From positions 992,001-1,056,000 of the forward strand of contig JBHGNT010000017.1 in the NCBI GenBank assembly GCA_043228905.1: DNA of 64,000 nt, read 5' to 3'. The notes below the pieces were generated by a model. That model did no database searches. It saw nothing but the letters and a program-made list of their open reading frames with translations, and was not told where the DNA came from. Shown here one piece after another: positions 1 to 14,500 of this stretch. The first letter of the stretch is position 1. The number at the start of each line of letters is the position of its first letter. Source of the stretch: Azolla caroliniana. Its lineage: Eukaryota; Plantae; Polypodiophyta. A program made the translations under genes and the position numbers.

Positions 1-119
1 TCTTATTTGGATGTATTCATCGATTTATTGCTAATTACTCGGCTTCTGTATCCATCATTGCAGTTGATTCCAAAATTATTCAGTTTCTGCCTTATATTTT
101 GCATTCCTGCCACTGGGAA

Positions 120-3100
120 ATGAGCACATTATCTCCAAGTCCATCAGCAGCATGCTCTACCACTAGCCCTGGGTCTCCATCAGAAGCTCATCCATACACA
201 GAAGATTCAGATTCATGGACTCGAGAACAAGAAAAGCTCTTTGAGACTGCATTATCCGTTCATGACCTAGATATACCAGAACGATGGGAAAATGTTGCGG
301 CCTTGGTTCCAGGAAAAGATGCAGATGCAATTATGAGACACTATGCATTTCTTGTGGAGGATGTAAACAATATTGATTTGGGAAATATTGTTCTTCCTAC
401 ATATCCAATACTGTCAGAAAGTGGACTAGAACCAGTTATCGATTCAGATGACAGCTCATACATAAAGAATAGCATTGTGGGAGATGGAACTTCCAATGGA
501 TCAGGCGGAAATGTTGGCAGTGGAAAGGCTGGGAATGGGAACAACAAATCAGCAGATCAAGAACGGAGGAAAGGGATACCTTGGACTGAAGAGGAGCACA
601 GGTAACCTTTCCTTCACTCTTTCAGATTTCTACATTGCTTTATTCATTTTGGATATATGATTTATTCTTCCATTATAATAAGACCTCCTGTGTGGTTCTA
701 TCTTCCTATTTAGGTTCAGTCATGAAGACCAACTGTTTGGTCAAAGTTGAACCTAAACTGTAATATGTGGGGATATACAAGCATAACCATTTGATGATGA
801 TATGCATGCCATATGAGTTTTGATATCTGGATTCTGGATGTTTGAATTTGTATGTGTGTATCCTACAAATCAAAGTACATAGGTTTGTGTACGATCCAAA
901 GGATGTTTTTGTCTCTAGGATATGCTGAACTGAACTCATAATTAGCACATATAGGGGGGATGCCAGCGCCTTTATTGGCCCACTTAATAATACTTCATCT
1001 TAGAAAATCTTACCCAGTCCATATTAAATGGGCTAGCCATCATTTGAGGGATACTCAAAAATATTTTTGGAATGCTTGGAAAAGTAAGGTGGATCCAACT
1101 TGTACTTCCTTAAAAGTAGACGTCACAGTGGGAGAATCAGCCGGACTAACATGCTTGAGTGGCCAGGTTGATAAGCCAATACTATGGTTGCCTATTCTTT
1201 CTTAAATTCTCTAAAATATCTAGCCTGTTGTTCATAGAAATTTGATGATATAAAACTCTTAACAGAAGAGTGCCATACACATGTAGAGTTTGATAGCCAT
1301 TTAGTTAACTGCTATTTAAACTTTTCTATCTTGGATTGCTCTTGTACATCATTTTCAATAAATGGACAACTCCATTCTTTGAAGGGCATCTCGTGGTCTT
1401 AATGTTACGTTTCTTCATCATATGTATGTTGGTGGATGTTATTTCTTTCCTTTGTGATAGCGCTAGCAGGCAAGGATGTCAATCTTTTGTCATGTACTTA
1501 ATAGAAATCACATGTCTATATACTGGCCTTATTAACTTATTAGGCCCTTGTGTTGTTTCTCATTGTATGCAAGAGCTTAGTGGCTCCAAATATATTTTGT
1601 CAAACCCTCTGAAAGGTTACTTGTAAGCCTGGAGGTTTGTTTGACTCTTTGACTTACATTCCTTTGTGAAAAGTTCCTAACAATTGTCTAGCCTATATGA
1701 TCATGATCACATTCTGAGTGCATGAACTCTTGATCAGTGAGCTATTACGCACTCTTTCAAGAATTTCTACTTCTAAGCAAAAATTCTAGCTGTTTAGTTG
1801 CCACCTCTAAGTTTGGAACCCTACCCGGGGATAAACTGGAGGAAGGTGGGGATGAATCTCTTTCATACTATGTTCAATACAAAAGTTGATTTATCCAGAG
1901 TGTTATCTTAACACAACAAACTCCATGACACCATAATTCTGGGCTTATTCCATATAGAAGTATTCTAAACTGGTGGCGAACTCTTTGTTTTACTACTCAT
2001 GACTCACCTGTCAAAAATAACCCGTGACTAATAAAAATACAAGTCTCCATAAAGTCATAAGGTCGTGTATGAATGTTAACACCTTCGCAGTGCCAGCAGA
2101 TTTATGGAGTCAGTGACCTCATGATTTACAGTATATTCACTCTGAAGGCAACTGTGACACTAGGACTGTTGACAAAAGCAAGGTGAATAATTTATTGTAC
2201 TGCAAAGGAAAATATGACTGTACTTTGAATTGCTAGGAAAACGACCCTTCTCTATATAACCATTAAGAGACATGAAATTACCTTCGAGTAATCCTCAATA
2301 AGCTTGCACAAATGACAAGTCGGAGAAGATGCTTCACTCGAAGACATGGCAACAAGGGTACATGTTTAACTTGAGTTCCTTTAGTTTAGATGGAAACGCA
2401 ATATCTCAATATCATTTCAGGCTGGTTTTGATTTTTCTAAAAAAATGCCTTGTTATCAAACCTAAAAAGCATTCTACAGTAAATTGAATCTTTAATTCTA
2501 CGTGCAATAAATTATAAGTCCATTATGATATAAACTATGATTATAGATCAAATTTTAAAGCATGTGAGTGTCTTAGGTTTTCGCATGATATATGTTTTCC
2601 ATGTGTCCACTTTTTGTGTATTTCTTTTGGGATTTCTTTCTGTAAAGTTATACTACCCTTTATCATATGATCTAACAACTAATCTTTTATGTATGAAAGA
2701 TTGTTTCTACTAGGTTTGGACAAGTTTGGAAAGGGAGATTGGCGCAGCATCTCAAGGAATTTCGTCATTTCAAGGACTCCAACACAGGTTGCGAGTCATG
2801 CGCAAAAGTATTTCATTCGTTTAAATTCATTAAATAAAGAGAGGAGAAGATCGAGCATTCATGACATCACAAGTGTGAACAATAATGGTGATACAAGTCA
2901 GCCAAGTCAAGGGCCAGTGACTGGGCAAGGATTTGTCAGTCAACCTGTTGGAGGTACCACTGTATATGGTGCACCTGTTGGTCAACCTATAGTTGGTCAA
3001 GGCGGGTCAACCATTGGTACACCAGTTCCTCTTCAACCACCTGGGCCATACATTTCTAGAGGTTCTTCACCCGGTCATGGTTTACTTGGATCACCCATCA

Positions 3101-3165
3101 ATGGAGTTCCTGTGGTATATACAGTTCCTCAACAACCAGTTTCACAACCAGCTGTCCAGCGGTAA
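120..3165 (+). CDS. DIVARICATA-like (R-R-type, SHAQKYF class) MYB transcription factor, 2 coding exons (120-601, 2700-3165)
   Basis: Exon 1 encodes SANT/MYB domain [13 protein letters not shown]...[12 protein letters not shown] and [14 protein letters not shown]. Exon 2 continues [40 protein letters not shown]...RRSSIHDIT. The GT(602)..AG(2699) intron joins the two in frame. Confidence 0.95.
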
Positions 3166-4252
3166 AATCTCTTGTGATGTGCTCAAAAAGTTTAGAAGTC
3201 TAAAACTTCAAGGGAAGTGTATACTTTCATGTCTTTTGAGCTTTTCGCATGTATCATCATCATATGCCATACCTGGGAATGACAAATGTTCCATTGACAA
3301 TCTATCTGTCTATGTTCTGCCATCCAGCATATAGAGAAATTGAGTAACTTTCCATCCACAATTCATGTGGCATCCATAATCCATTTGACAAGCATGAACG
3401 ATCATCAAAATAGTCTAGCATTTGTAAGACTTTTCTGCGGAAGGATCAATGAGCTTTGATGTTCTGCCTTCTAGCATGTATCATGTAGCTTGTAGTCTAG
3501 TTTAAATTTTTCCTTGTGTTATTTATTTAACCCATGCTTTGTCATACAACAAAGGAAAATACTGTTATCAAATAAAAGCAAGAACAAAAAACAGTTGGAA
3601 AATTTACCACAAAAAACAAGGTCTAAGAAAGAGGAAGTATACGTAGAGGATCAGTTGTAACAAAATGTACAAGGTTTGTTTTTGTAAATATAGAAAGTTC
3701 TTTTCAAGAAAACTATTAATATGCATGTGAGCCATGAACATGGTAGTTCGAACTTCTCATATTCCAATTTCCAAAGGTGGAAACTAGCAGGTAAAGACTA
3801 GACAACAATTCATTTGCATTTACAGCCAGACATGTAGAACGTAATTTTTTCCCTATGAAGACCTGCACCTAATGTGACTACTGTTAATGTTCTTTTTCCC
3901 CTATGACATGTAATGACCGCATTTTTTGCTCCAGTAATGACTCATGGATGTGGAGCCATCCCTGATACCACTAGTGATGCTTCCCCACTTATACATTTGC
4001 TGGTTCCATGTATCATGTTGGTCCCTGGTAGACGTCAATTTATCACCATCATAGTGCTTTGTCACGGTTCATCAAAGTAGTTTCAGATAGTAGTAGATAT
4101 TTTTAATATAGGAAAACTCAATAGCTCAATTTGCAAAGATAAGTTAGAGATTGATCTGTAATTAGACAATGTATTATAAAGATTTGATATAAATAAATAA
4201 ATAAGGTACAATTACATCCTACATTATCACCATGATGTCAAAGAGTAAACTC

Positions 4253-7200
4253 TCACAATAGATTTGACAAGGTGAGATTTTCCCCATCTGGTTTCATGTA
4301 CTCCATTGCAATCAAATCTTCGATTCTCTTCTTTATAATCTTGAACTTGGGCTCCAGAAATGTTTTATCTCAGATTACATTCAAATTTATGTTATATCAT
4401 CAATTGATGATAAAGCTTCTATAGCTTGAATATTCGTTCCAGTTGTTCCACACATTCCAGCACTAATTGTTGATGTTGCAAGACTTTCTTGCTCTTCATT
4501 AGTCTTACAATAGATGCATCGATTGAATATCTCCAGTTCTCATCTACTTCTTTGATTATTTTCTTTTTCTTGTCCACAGGAGGAAGAGGAATCTTGACAA
4601 CACAAATTAAGACAAACTTGATTTGTTATGTTTAAAAATCATTAACTTGATTCTTTCATTTTGTAATGAATGTAACATTGAATTTGAAGAAGTCATTTTG
4701 TCCTATAGAGTTGGTGTCTGGGTCCTTGATTAGTATTTTGTGATCTGCATGTGACAAATGAATGAATACGCCTTGTGACCTCCTCATCAGTAACGTTCAA
4801 TTCATTCTGAATATCTGAGTTGCTCAAGTCATCAGCAGAATTGAATAGAAGCAATACTGCAGCCTGTAAAATAATGCTGGAAAATCGGAATTTCGTTGCA
4901 ATGGAAAATGGTCTCAGTTCTTCTAATGGGCAGATTACCTGATATGTCGTGAGCGTGACTATAAGCTCAATAGTCTTGCCTCAAACTTCCTACTTATGTT
5001 GCATCTTCCAATGAGGAAATCCATTTGAGTTTACAATGTTTCATCTTGGCCTGATAGAATTCTTTAAATGTCTCCACGCATTTAACATGGAGACTTGGTT
5101 AACTGTAAGCAGACAGATAATAGCCCCTAGTTTGTGTACAACATTCATGCTTAATCATCATACAAATATCTGCAAGTGAAGTCAGATCTAAAATGAATTC
5201 ACATCTATGACTATATATTATTTTTGTTCCTCACTTTATCATAATTAGGGGGGCACAATTATAAACAGATGAAGATGAATATTTTTATTAAGGCATAAAA
5301 ACAACTAGCTGAGTATAGGTAGTCAAAAATATAAATAAACACTTAGAAAGTACTAAATCAAAATGGATTCACATACCTGACTATGTACTGTTACCCTGAA
5401 AATTAAGTGGACATGCATCATCTAGAACTAGATTCTATTATATGATAAAAATCATAAGTTTTTAGCTTCTAACTACCAAATTAACTCTTTCACTTCATCA
5501 AAGTTATTAATGGAAATCCAAAAGAAAGACCAATAGACCCAAAAAAATGTGCAATACTGACAAATTATTAGACACATCATCAGTGTCCAAGGGGCGTTAC
5601 CCAGTATTGTAAGGGGAAAAGACCATATGTTTGGAAATATGCCCTCTCGAAAGAAGAGAATAATTTTCTGTTTCTGTGTTGATTTGTTGGATCGGATTCC
5701 AGATTTCTGTCCCTTTGAGTGGCAGGGGAGTTATGAATAGTTGTGTGCGATCCAAGTGTTTACATGTTTGACATACATTGTGTATATGATTTAATATGAT
5801 TGTGTGTGAGAGAGTGTCCGTATTATTTTGAGAACACAAAGAAAGAAGATGGGAGGGCTATGGGATTAAAAGATGTGGCATTAATTCAATCACTGGAGCT
5901 TTTGGAACATATCAATGAAGGGAATTATTGAAAAGAACCAATTGGATGGGAGGAAAGAATATGGTTTTAGTCGAGAAAGAAGAAAACAGAAACGTCTTGA
6001 GTGACTGGACAGATAAGTTGCCAGTGACGAGACCAGGCTACAATTGGCAGTCGGATCAGCATCCCTGTTTTGCAATACTCACTCGTCTTCATCTTAAGTA
6101 TTGCCTTGTTAATCCATAGATATCATTTTGACTCATCCACTATATCCACTGCTGAAACTCTACCCTATCCATCACCTACATTTGCCTCAAGTCCTTAGTC
6201 CTCTGATATGCTGTAGCAGAGGTTCTTGTTCAAAACCTGCAGATTTCACAATGTAACTGATTCTTGTACGAATCGGGAAAGCTTCATGCTTTTGTAATAA
6301 CATTATATGCTGAATAACTCTATTCATATTTGAGTTAAAAAAGGAGTCTTTTGAAACATTCAGATCGAAGTGCGAGAATTCTCTCGCTAATATTCAAGTA
6401 GATATATTTTCCGAATTCTACCCTTTCACATTCAAAGCCACGAGCAAGGACTCATACCACCTGACTTTTCACTTACAAAGGGGAAAGGGAAAGAAATCAG
6501 AATGTTTGTGGAGTCAATCAAGGATAATAATATACGTTCCTCCCTGCGGTTTCTCAATGAATCTTTTTGGGAATATGCAGAAGATGGTGTGCTCGTCGAG
6601 TTTTGAGCAACATATAGAGGAGCCTCCTGCATGGGGTTTTGAAAATATGAAAAAACTGGACTGCGAATATCCAATCTTGTCTGATTCTCTTTCTTAGTCT
6701 GCATCCGGCAAGGGAACATCAAGAAGTGGGTTGAGCGACAAATGGAGGAGCATCATGCAAGGAATTTTTAACGTGAACCCTTCAAGATAACACCAAGAAG
6801 TTGGTTTTGAGCAACAAATGCCTTACCACCCTGGATGATGTTTTGAAAAAGAAAAGTAGTGCATATTATCCAATCTCATCAATTCTGTTTTTTAGTGTGC
6901 ATTCTTCACGGGAAAACCACGAAGTAGTTTGCAGAACAAATATAAGGCAGATTGAACCTAATTTTGGGAAGAAGTTGAAGATGTCTTGGGCACAGCTCTA
7001 TTTTGCGCATGCTTTGGCAAAGAAGGTCTACAGTTTCCCAGAGGGCAAGTTCTCTACATGATCCCAGACTCTGTAGGTGGCTATATTGTGACAGAAGATA
7101 GTGTGCTTCGTAACCACTGTTGTTGTCTTTGAACATGGTCCACAAACTTCTTCTCCTAGACAACTCATTACCCATTGCTCATCATTCTCATTGATTGTGT

Positions 7201-9830
7201 TGTGTTCTGAGCTTTATCATCAAACATTCCATTTCTACTTCAGAGTCTTATAATCATTATTGACATCCTCATTCTCTGTCATGTCCCCTTGTCTTGATAA
7301 TAATGGTTCAAAATGTGGCATGTGATCCTCAAACTTGATGCTCAATCTCCTCTCATGCTTCACACATTCCCATTTCATTTGTTAATGGGAGGAAACTCAT
7401 AAACACACCTTATCTAATTTATCGATATTGGTGGCTTATCCATTAATCCTTTCCAGCACTTTCAAGCCTTTCCAAGTGTATCTCTGATTCTCGTTATTAT
7501 CCTTGCACTTTTGGACCCTGCTCTCCACATTTTCATCTTCCAGGTTATCTCCAAGTATCATCTCCTAAATACAGGCGAATAGTTTTTAAATGGTAGAACA
7601 AAAATAAAAGGCTAAAATGGGAAGCTAAGCATGTTTCTGAATATCAACATTCGGAACCTCTCTGCCTTTGGTAGTGTGGTTGCCTAGATGAGCAAACAGC
7701 AGAACTAGGGTCAATAGTGATGGTTTCATCCGATTAAGATTTTATAAAGCTTGTAAGAATTCCTGAAAATCATGTCTGATGGTCTTATCTGTGAGGCATT
7801 CCAATTGACATGGTATTCTGTTTCTCGCATCTTGAGGCAACCTGGGTGGCTAATAAATATTCAGCCAACCACCAGTTTATATACAGTGGGTATGTACATG
7901 TGCATCAAAGATATAATTCGACATTCATTGACGTCCTGGACCTACCAGGATGAAAGAAGTTTAGTTTTGCAGTTTTCCTGTGGAGACTATTTTGGCTGGG
8001 TAAAATATGGGTTCACATTCTCTTGCCCCTTGATTTTTCTCTACATGCACATCTAGATGCATCTGGTCATGGTTGTTTAGATGTCTTGGACCCTGCTCAA
8101 TGAAAGAAATTTGTTTTTGTTGTCTTTGCCATGGCGCTCTTTGGAGGCAGTTTCAAGACATTGTCCTTACTTCCCATATATACTTTTAATTGCTTTCATT
8201 TCCATGTGTAATTTTGCAAATAATTTTCAAATTTGAATTATAGCTTCCAATTTCCACCCTTGGTCATTAGAGATGGCTTGAACTCATTCAATGAACCGTT
8301 CAAAGATAAAAATATAATTGTTCCTCACAATCACAGAGGCTTTTATCGATTGCAAGAGTGAAAAAATTACGACGCGCGAACTAACAAGCTGCCTGAGGTT
8401 TATATAGTATAGTGGCACAAAATTGAGACATCCAAAGTTATGAGAAGACTGATGCTTATTATATCAAAATTATACATGTGGGAAAAAAAAATCATTTCCA
8501 CTATGTTAGCATAAAATAGGGCATCTTTTAAAAAATGTTAGCAAGGACCTTTCTCTATTTTGCAAAATATCCTATACATCCTTGATAGGTCTTCTAAACG
8601 AGATCCAAACTTAATCTTAAGAACTTATTTTCATGAATTTGATATTACATAAATCATAAGCATTATTAAGATCCTCACCTTGCCATCTCTAAATAATGCA
8701 TGGCAACCTGAATCCTCCTTTTCCAACGAAGGGTATTGCTCATATTGAGTCAGAAACTCATGCTGACCTTTCTGAAGGGAAAAGAAATTCTAAATGTTGT
8801 GGTTTAAATTAAATCAGCCTTTTAGCATCACATATTTCTCAGCTCTAAATCACAAAACCAGTAAATGCTGGAGTATATTTCCTTCTGCATCCATGTCCAG
8901 AATTTCTATCTTTATTAATAATACACTTTCATTCTTGTTTTCATTTCACTATGTCATCTTGAATATTTTCCCTTACCTCCAAGAGTTTTAGTTTGCTGCT
9001 GGCATGTAGATAATGTCTTAACTCTTTTCTTCTCTCACTTCAAATATTCCTCTCCCTGAGGTTCAGAAGTAACCTGGTGTGTGGAAAAAACAAGGAATAG
9101 ACATTTCAAGCCCAAGTTGGTATGATTGAAACAATGACACTTTCAGCAAATAGTCTGGACATGAATCTTCTTCTATCCAAGCAGCAGCATTTTCCAAAAA
9201 TATCCAGTAGTATGTCTAACATAGATGCTTCGAATTCCATTTGATAAGCATTCACTCCACCCATGCCTATCTGCAAAAATATACATAAGACATTCTTGAG
9301 CAAAGCTCTATCAATATTTTCTCCTTTCCTTTCTTTGTTGTGATCAACAAATATCCGCGCTATGAGAATTAGTGAACAAAAGACGATTGGAAGCTAGATT
9401 TGCATAGAAACAGAAGTCTTTACCAGCGCAAGAACTGTGTGTCTTAGTAGATATGAAATGATTGTACATAAATATACAGTTTCATTACATGGAGGAAAGA
9501 ATAGACCAGAATATAATATTCCCAACATATGCTGCAATATTGACCAGGTCCTGGAAGCAAATCAATCCAACATAACACAAACCGGGGAGAGATCACCTAG
9601 CAATGAAATACCTATCTAGATAACCATCTCACCATAACTTTTGTGGTTGTCCCACCGCCTTGCAAGCTCGCTCCACATATATGCATCATATTTCTCTTTC
9701 ATTGCAGGTAAGACTTGTTGGACGGCAAGTTTCCAGGTCATTAAATGACATCAAGTACTATAGAATGTCTTATGGAAAGCATAACAAGATACCATCGCAT
9801 TGATATAGTCCTCAATGCATGATATCAAAC
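4253..9830 (-). pseudogene. CUL1: Cullin-1 pseudogene; intron-containing, with stops, frameshifts and an unrecognisable middle part
   Basis: Hand translation of the minus strand gives collinear CUL1 blocks: VLPAMKEKYDAYMWSELARRWDNHK/VMVRWLSR (~9620-9714), [99 protein letters not shown] (~8560), VKCVETFKEFYQAKMKHCKLKW (~5050), [80 protein letters not shown]. Confidence 0.92.
5890..7130 (+). other. Decayed coding-like fragments of unknown family inside the CUL1 pseudogene
   Basis: Protein-like stretches broken by stops: WMGGKNMVLVEKEENRNVLSDWTDKLPVTRPGYNWQSDQHPCF; IQSHEQGLIPPDFSLTKGKGKEIRMFVESIKDNNIRSSLRFLNESFWEYAEDG; FWEEVEDVLGTALFCACFGKEGLQFPRGQVLYMIPDSVGGY. No family recognised. Confidence 0.35.
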
Positions 9831-10568
9831 GATCAGATGTATTTGTAGACTGTGAAAAGCACTGCATTTCAAAATTAAACCGCAGATTGAATAGAACACA
9901 AAATGGTGCAGAAAGAGAAAAAGAACACATAAAACCAATACATTTAGCACGAAATCACATATAAAAATGACACATAAAAGCTAACTACATTTAGCACTAC
10001 ATCTCAGATAAAAGCAATGAATGAACGGGATGCAAGGGTAAATAATTGAAGTCAAAAAACACTACATTAACATTAAATAACAACTAAAAAAGAGAAATGT
10101 CACTGAGAGAGAAGTACACTTGAAAACCATCAGATTATAGTATTAGGTCACAGATAAGATAAAACAAAGGGAAAAGGAAGAGAAAGAAGGTAATGCATGA
10201 TATCAAACGACCAGACGCATTTGTAGACTGTGAAAGACACTGCATTTCAAGATTAAATCGCAGATTAAATAGAACGCAAAATGATGCAGAAACAGAAAAG
10301 GTACACATACAACCAATACGTTTAGCACTATATCACATATAAAAGTGACACGTAAAAGCAAACTACATTTAGAACTACATCTCGGATAAAAGCAATGAGT
10401 GAACGTGATGCGAGAGTAAACCATTTCAGTCAAAAACACTACAGTTAACATTAAATAACAACTAAAACAGGTAAAATGTCACTGAGAGAGAACTGCAATT
10501 GAAAACCATCAGATTTTAGTATTCGGTCACAGATAAGAAAAAACAAAGGGAAAAGGAAGAGAAAGAGA
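9815..10568. repeat. Diverged tandem duplication, 2 x ~378 bp
   Basis: gatatcaaacgatcagatgtatttgtagactgtgaaa at 9821 recurs as gatatcaaacgaccagacgcatttgtagactgtgaaa at 10199, and the two copies stay collinear. Confidence 0.9.
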
Positions 10569-10929
10569 ACGAAGATATGCACTTGAAAACTGCTGGATTT
10601 AGCACTAAATCGCATGTAGAAACACAAGGAAATACGAAAAATGAAGAGAAATACCACACTTGAAGGCCATCCGACTTAACGTTAAATCTCAGGTAATGAA
10701 AGGAAAAAACACTGTGGAGAAAGAGAGAAGTGCATTGAATGAGGGATAAAAATGAAGAAAAAGGAAAAGGAACTACACTTGAAATCTAAGAATACGTAGT
10801 GGACAATAACAGGTTTAAACCAGAAAGAGAGAAGAAGAAGAGTAAGTATTTGCACTGAAACCACGATAAGTAACGGAAAAAGCAGATAAGATACAAACAG
10901 AAACTAAGAGAAAAATCACAAAGACTTAC

Positions 10930-11245
10930 GTGTAGAGCGTCATTTGTTCCTCGGGGTTGAATCGATGCTCCGAAACGCCGTAAAGAATATTGATAATCTC
11001 GGCTGTTCTTTTCTTCATGAAATCCCATCCCTGCTGGGGCTCAGCGACACGTTGTTCAGATATCGTGATGACCAGGAATAGAAGAAACTACAACGGTGGA
11101 GGAGAGAACACAAACAGAAAGGAGAAGCGGAAGCAGAAGATCGAAGACGATGCAGGTCTGATGCGATGAAGAAGAAGAAGAAGCCAGCAGGAAGATTCAT
11201 GAACTCTTCGTTAAACGGATGGGCCAACAAGCCTTTCTTATATCC
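10930..11245 (-). promoter_or_regulatory. Probable promoter and 5'UTR exon upstream of the CUL1 pseudogene
   Basis: On the minus strand: TATAAG near 11237-11242, a CTT/TC-rich leader, and a GTAAGT donor at 10929-10924 followed by T-rich intron-like sequence. Confidence 0.5.
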
Positions 11246-11273
11246 TTACGAATTCAGTCTCTGTCGTTAAGAG

Positions 11274-11513
11274 CATAAGTACGTAATATACTCGAATGCA
11301 TTGGCAAACCTTCTTTTATGCGAATGCAAGAGAATGCGTATGTTATGAAAACATTCTTAAGTTTTTTTACACTTTTTACCTTAACTTTCTTGCCTTAAAA
11401 TAAATTTGCCTTATAATAAATAATGAATACAAAAGCATGGTATTTACCATACTTCGAGGGTGTTTACCATAGTCAAATGATTAAAACATTCTCGAATGCG
11501 AATGCACGTATTG
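11274..11513. mobile_element. ~230-bp dispersed repeat (MITE-like), copy 1
   Basis: Its reverse complement aligns end to end with 56587-56808, e.g. taaataccatgcttttgtattcattatttattat vs taaataccatacttttggattaactatttattat. The ends are imperfectly inverted. Confidence 0.65.
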
Positions 11514-14500
11514 TGCGTATGGTTTATACTATGGTTAAGAGTATCAACCTGACCACGCACGTAACGTGACTTCTTAAATTGCATACCTAGAGACCTCGTG
11601 TATTATTCATTCGTTCATTGTGAAGTCTAGAGAACAAATTCAATGACCAAATGGCGGGCCACCTTTTACCTCATTAGCATAACAAACTGTTTCATTGACT
11701 TCCTTTATGTTGTCATTAGTCAAGGTTGTATAGTTCCAATGAAACAATGCAACAAAAAAAAAAATTAATTATAGAGTGGCCAATCTCTTTCACTTGCTTC
11801 GGATCAAAGGTTGGAGTCTAAGATGTGAAGAATTGAGAGGATAAGAATATGCATGAGAAATTCTTGCATGCAATCTTGTGGATCAAAGTAGTAAGAACTA
11901 TTATGGTGAGATCACACGTCTACTTCACCATCATGTTAGTGTCTGAAAGTTAAGTCCTAAGAGACCCTACATGAACAAACATGCAAGGGGAATGGAGAGA
12001 CAAATCAAAAGGGTTGTACTAACTTACATCATGACTCTTCCATAGCTTTGCATGAGCAACTTTTGTGGCTTATAAACATGATATTTTTATCATGAAATAC
12101 TGAAAGTCGGGAATTCCCTTATGATTAGATACTTACTACCATGATATCCAAAAAACCTATTATGGATCAAACTAATGATGAGCAATATAATGATAGATTG
12201 AGGAATTAATGGATTAAGGGTGCTTTTCCACATGAACCTCCCCCCTTGAGCGAAGGACATGAGACAAACATAAAATACCACCCAAGATTACCCTGTGGTT
12301 TACACTGGTAGTTGAATAATGGATCCGAAGAAGACTTAGCCTCATCAAAAAAATCTTGACAAATTCTCAAGATGTTGTAATTGGGGGGGGGGGGGGGGGG
12401 GGATTATCCCTTTTATATAGCCCAACACCCAAGGCTCCCATACAACCATGTGTCATGGATCCTCGTGGGTTTGTCCAAAATCCTACCCTTGCCCTTAACC
12501 CATCAAAAACAATTACAAATTTGGTCCTTAAGGTTATGCTTATAACATAATTGTCGATTTCAAACTCTTATTTCTAAAAGATATTTAGATTATTCTCATA
12601 TATATGTATTTCAAAATTGGTTTGTTCAATGCATAACCTCCTTGTAGCAAGGTGTTAATATGTTGTACACCTTGATGGTTACAAATATATGGTTTTGTGA
12701 AGGTTTTTTGTCTTTTTGAAACAAGTTTCCACAAATGGCCCTATGCAACTCATACCTTAAAGTTTTGCACTTTCAAGGATTACTACCAAGGTCAAAGGGG
12801 TCCTACTCATGATGGGCTAACCAAGGACCGAGGCATTAGTTTCCAATGGCAAAAGACCACACCATACTTCAACACAAAATAACACTTCTCTCTTGACTCC
12901 ATCCATGTAACCATGGGAGCCTTTGAGCCTTTTTAAGTTAAACTTTAAATTAACATGTACGTAGTCATGAACATCGATTAAAATATATATTTTCCTTAAT
13001 TAAGTAAATCATTACTAACAAAGAATCTCAAATAAATAGACAAATACTAAGTAAAAAACATGTATATCTTAAATATTTAGTATGGAAAAACTATGTAAAT
13101 GAACCCGACTCTTTGTGGATGCAAAAGGGGAGGGAATGAGAACCAAAAGGTGGTCCCAAAGTTGGGGCAACCAAAGGCCCTTTTTACATTGGTGTCATCA
13201 CCCTTTTATACAAGTTAGAAATCATAAAGGGTTGATTTCATATTGATCATTAACCATTGCTACCTAATAAAGGGTAGTCCCCCTTGTATGTTCAAGTTTC
13301 TTGTATACATTTGGCCTATGACCAATATTCTAGTTTGGAAATATTAAAAACCATAGGATTGTTAAAACCGAAAAATGTTACATTATGTTGCTTAAGACTT
13401 AAGACATACGAGAGACATAATAAAGCACAATTTCAAGCATGGGTTTACGATTTACTTGGATCTCTTCTCAACTTACTATAAGAATGAATGTGGGACCTTG
13501 GTCCTTCTACATTATCATACATTAAGGAATCGAAATAAACATGGGTATGGATCCAGGTGGGATGTCTCAATAAATGTACAACAAACTTCTTGAGCGAGAT
13601 CTTTTCACGTGTCATTTAAAAATATCTAGAAACAAGAAGTAGCATGTGACTTTGAATATTATACAATTGTCGGCTACTCAGACTAGTAAAACTCTTGAGG
13701 TGAGAGAAGAATTAAAATTTGGGAAAGTGAAATTTAATACATATCCATGTTTCAATCATTCGTACCTTCAAAGTAAAATGGGGAATGGTAAGCAAAAAAA
13801 TGGTTGCATAGTTATTAGCAAATGACAGGTCATGGATGGTTGCAACGAATAAATATGGAAGGATTAATGCATGAAAACAATAAATGAAAAACACGTTGAT
13901 AATGTGTATGCATATATTCAATATTCGATTATTGGATAAGTTAGAAGAATGCTTGGAAAAGTGTTTTTGAGTATGGAAATGAGTTTGGTTATTGTTACAT
14001 GAACAACAATAAACGGGGTAGATTACAATATTATCATATAGGAATTGGAGGAAAAATACACATAAGAATTATAATCCTCTTATGGATTGATTTTGCATCA
14101 TAACGTTGGCGGTATGAATAAAAAAGAGTCATAATTCAAAAGACTTGTTCACAATAGGCAACATGGAAACAAAATTGTGTTTACTTCTTGAATCTTTAAT
14201 CCCAACCATTTTGTTCATAGAGACACACTTGATATGATTGATTATAGCAAAATTTTGTTCGTATTAAATGGTGATATCCACGATATATGTGATCGTTTGA
14301 GAAATATCAATAAAAGTATTCATGATCGTTTCAAGAATATTAATATATACCCATGGTAAAAATGTCAAGTAGTTTAGACTTTATCATCGAGATCACATTT
14401 CTCAATGCTTGTTTACGCGCACAGAAGAAACAAATACAAATATGAATATGGATGCCATTGTGTACCCGTAATTGAGGTGTTTTCATTTTAAACATGAAAT

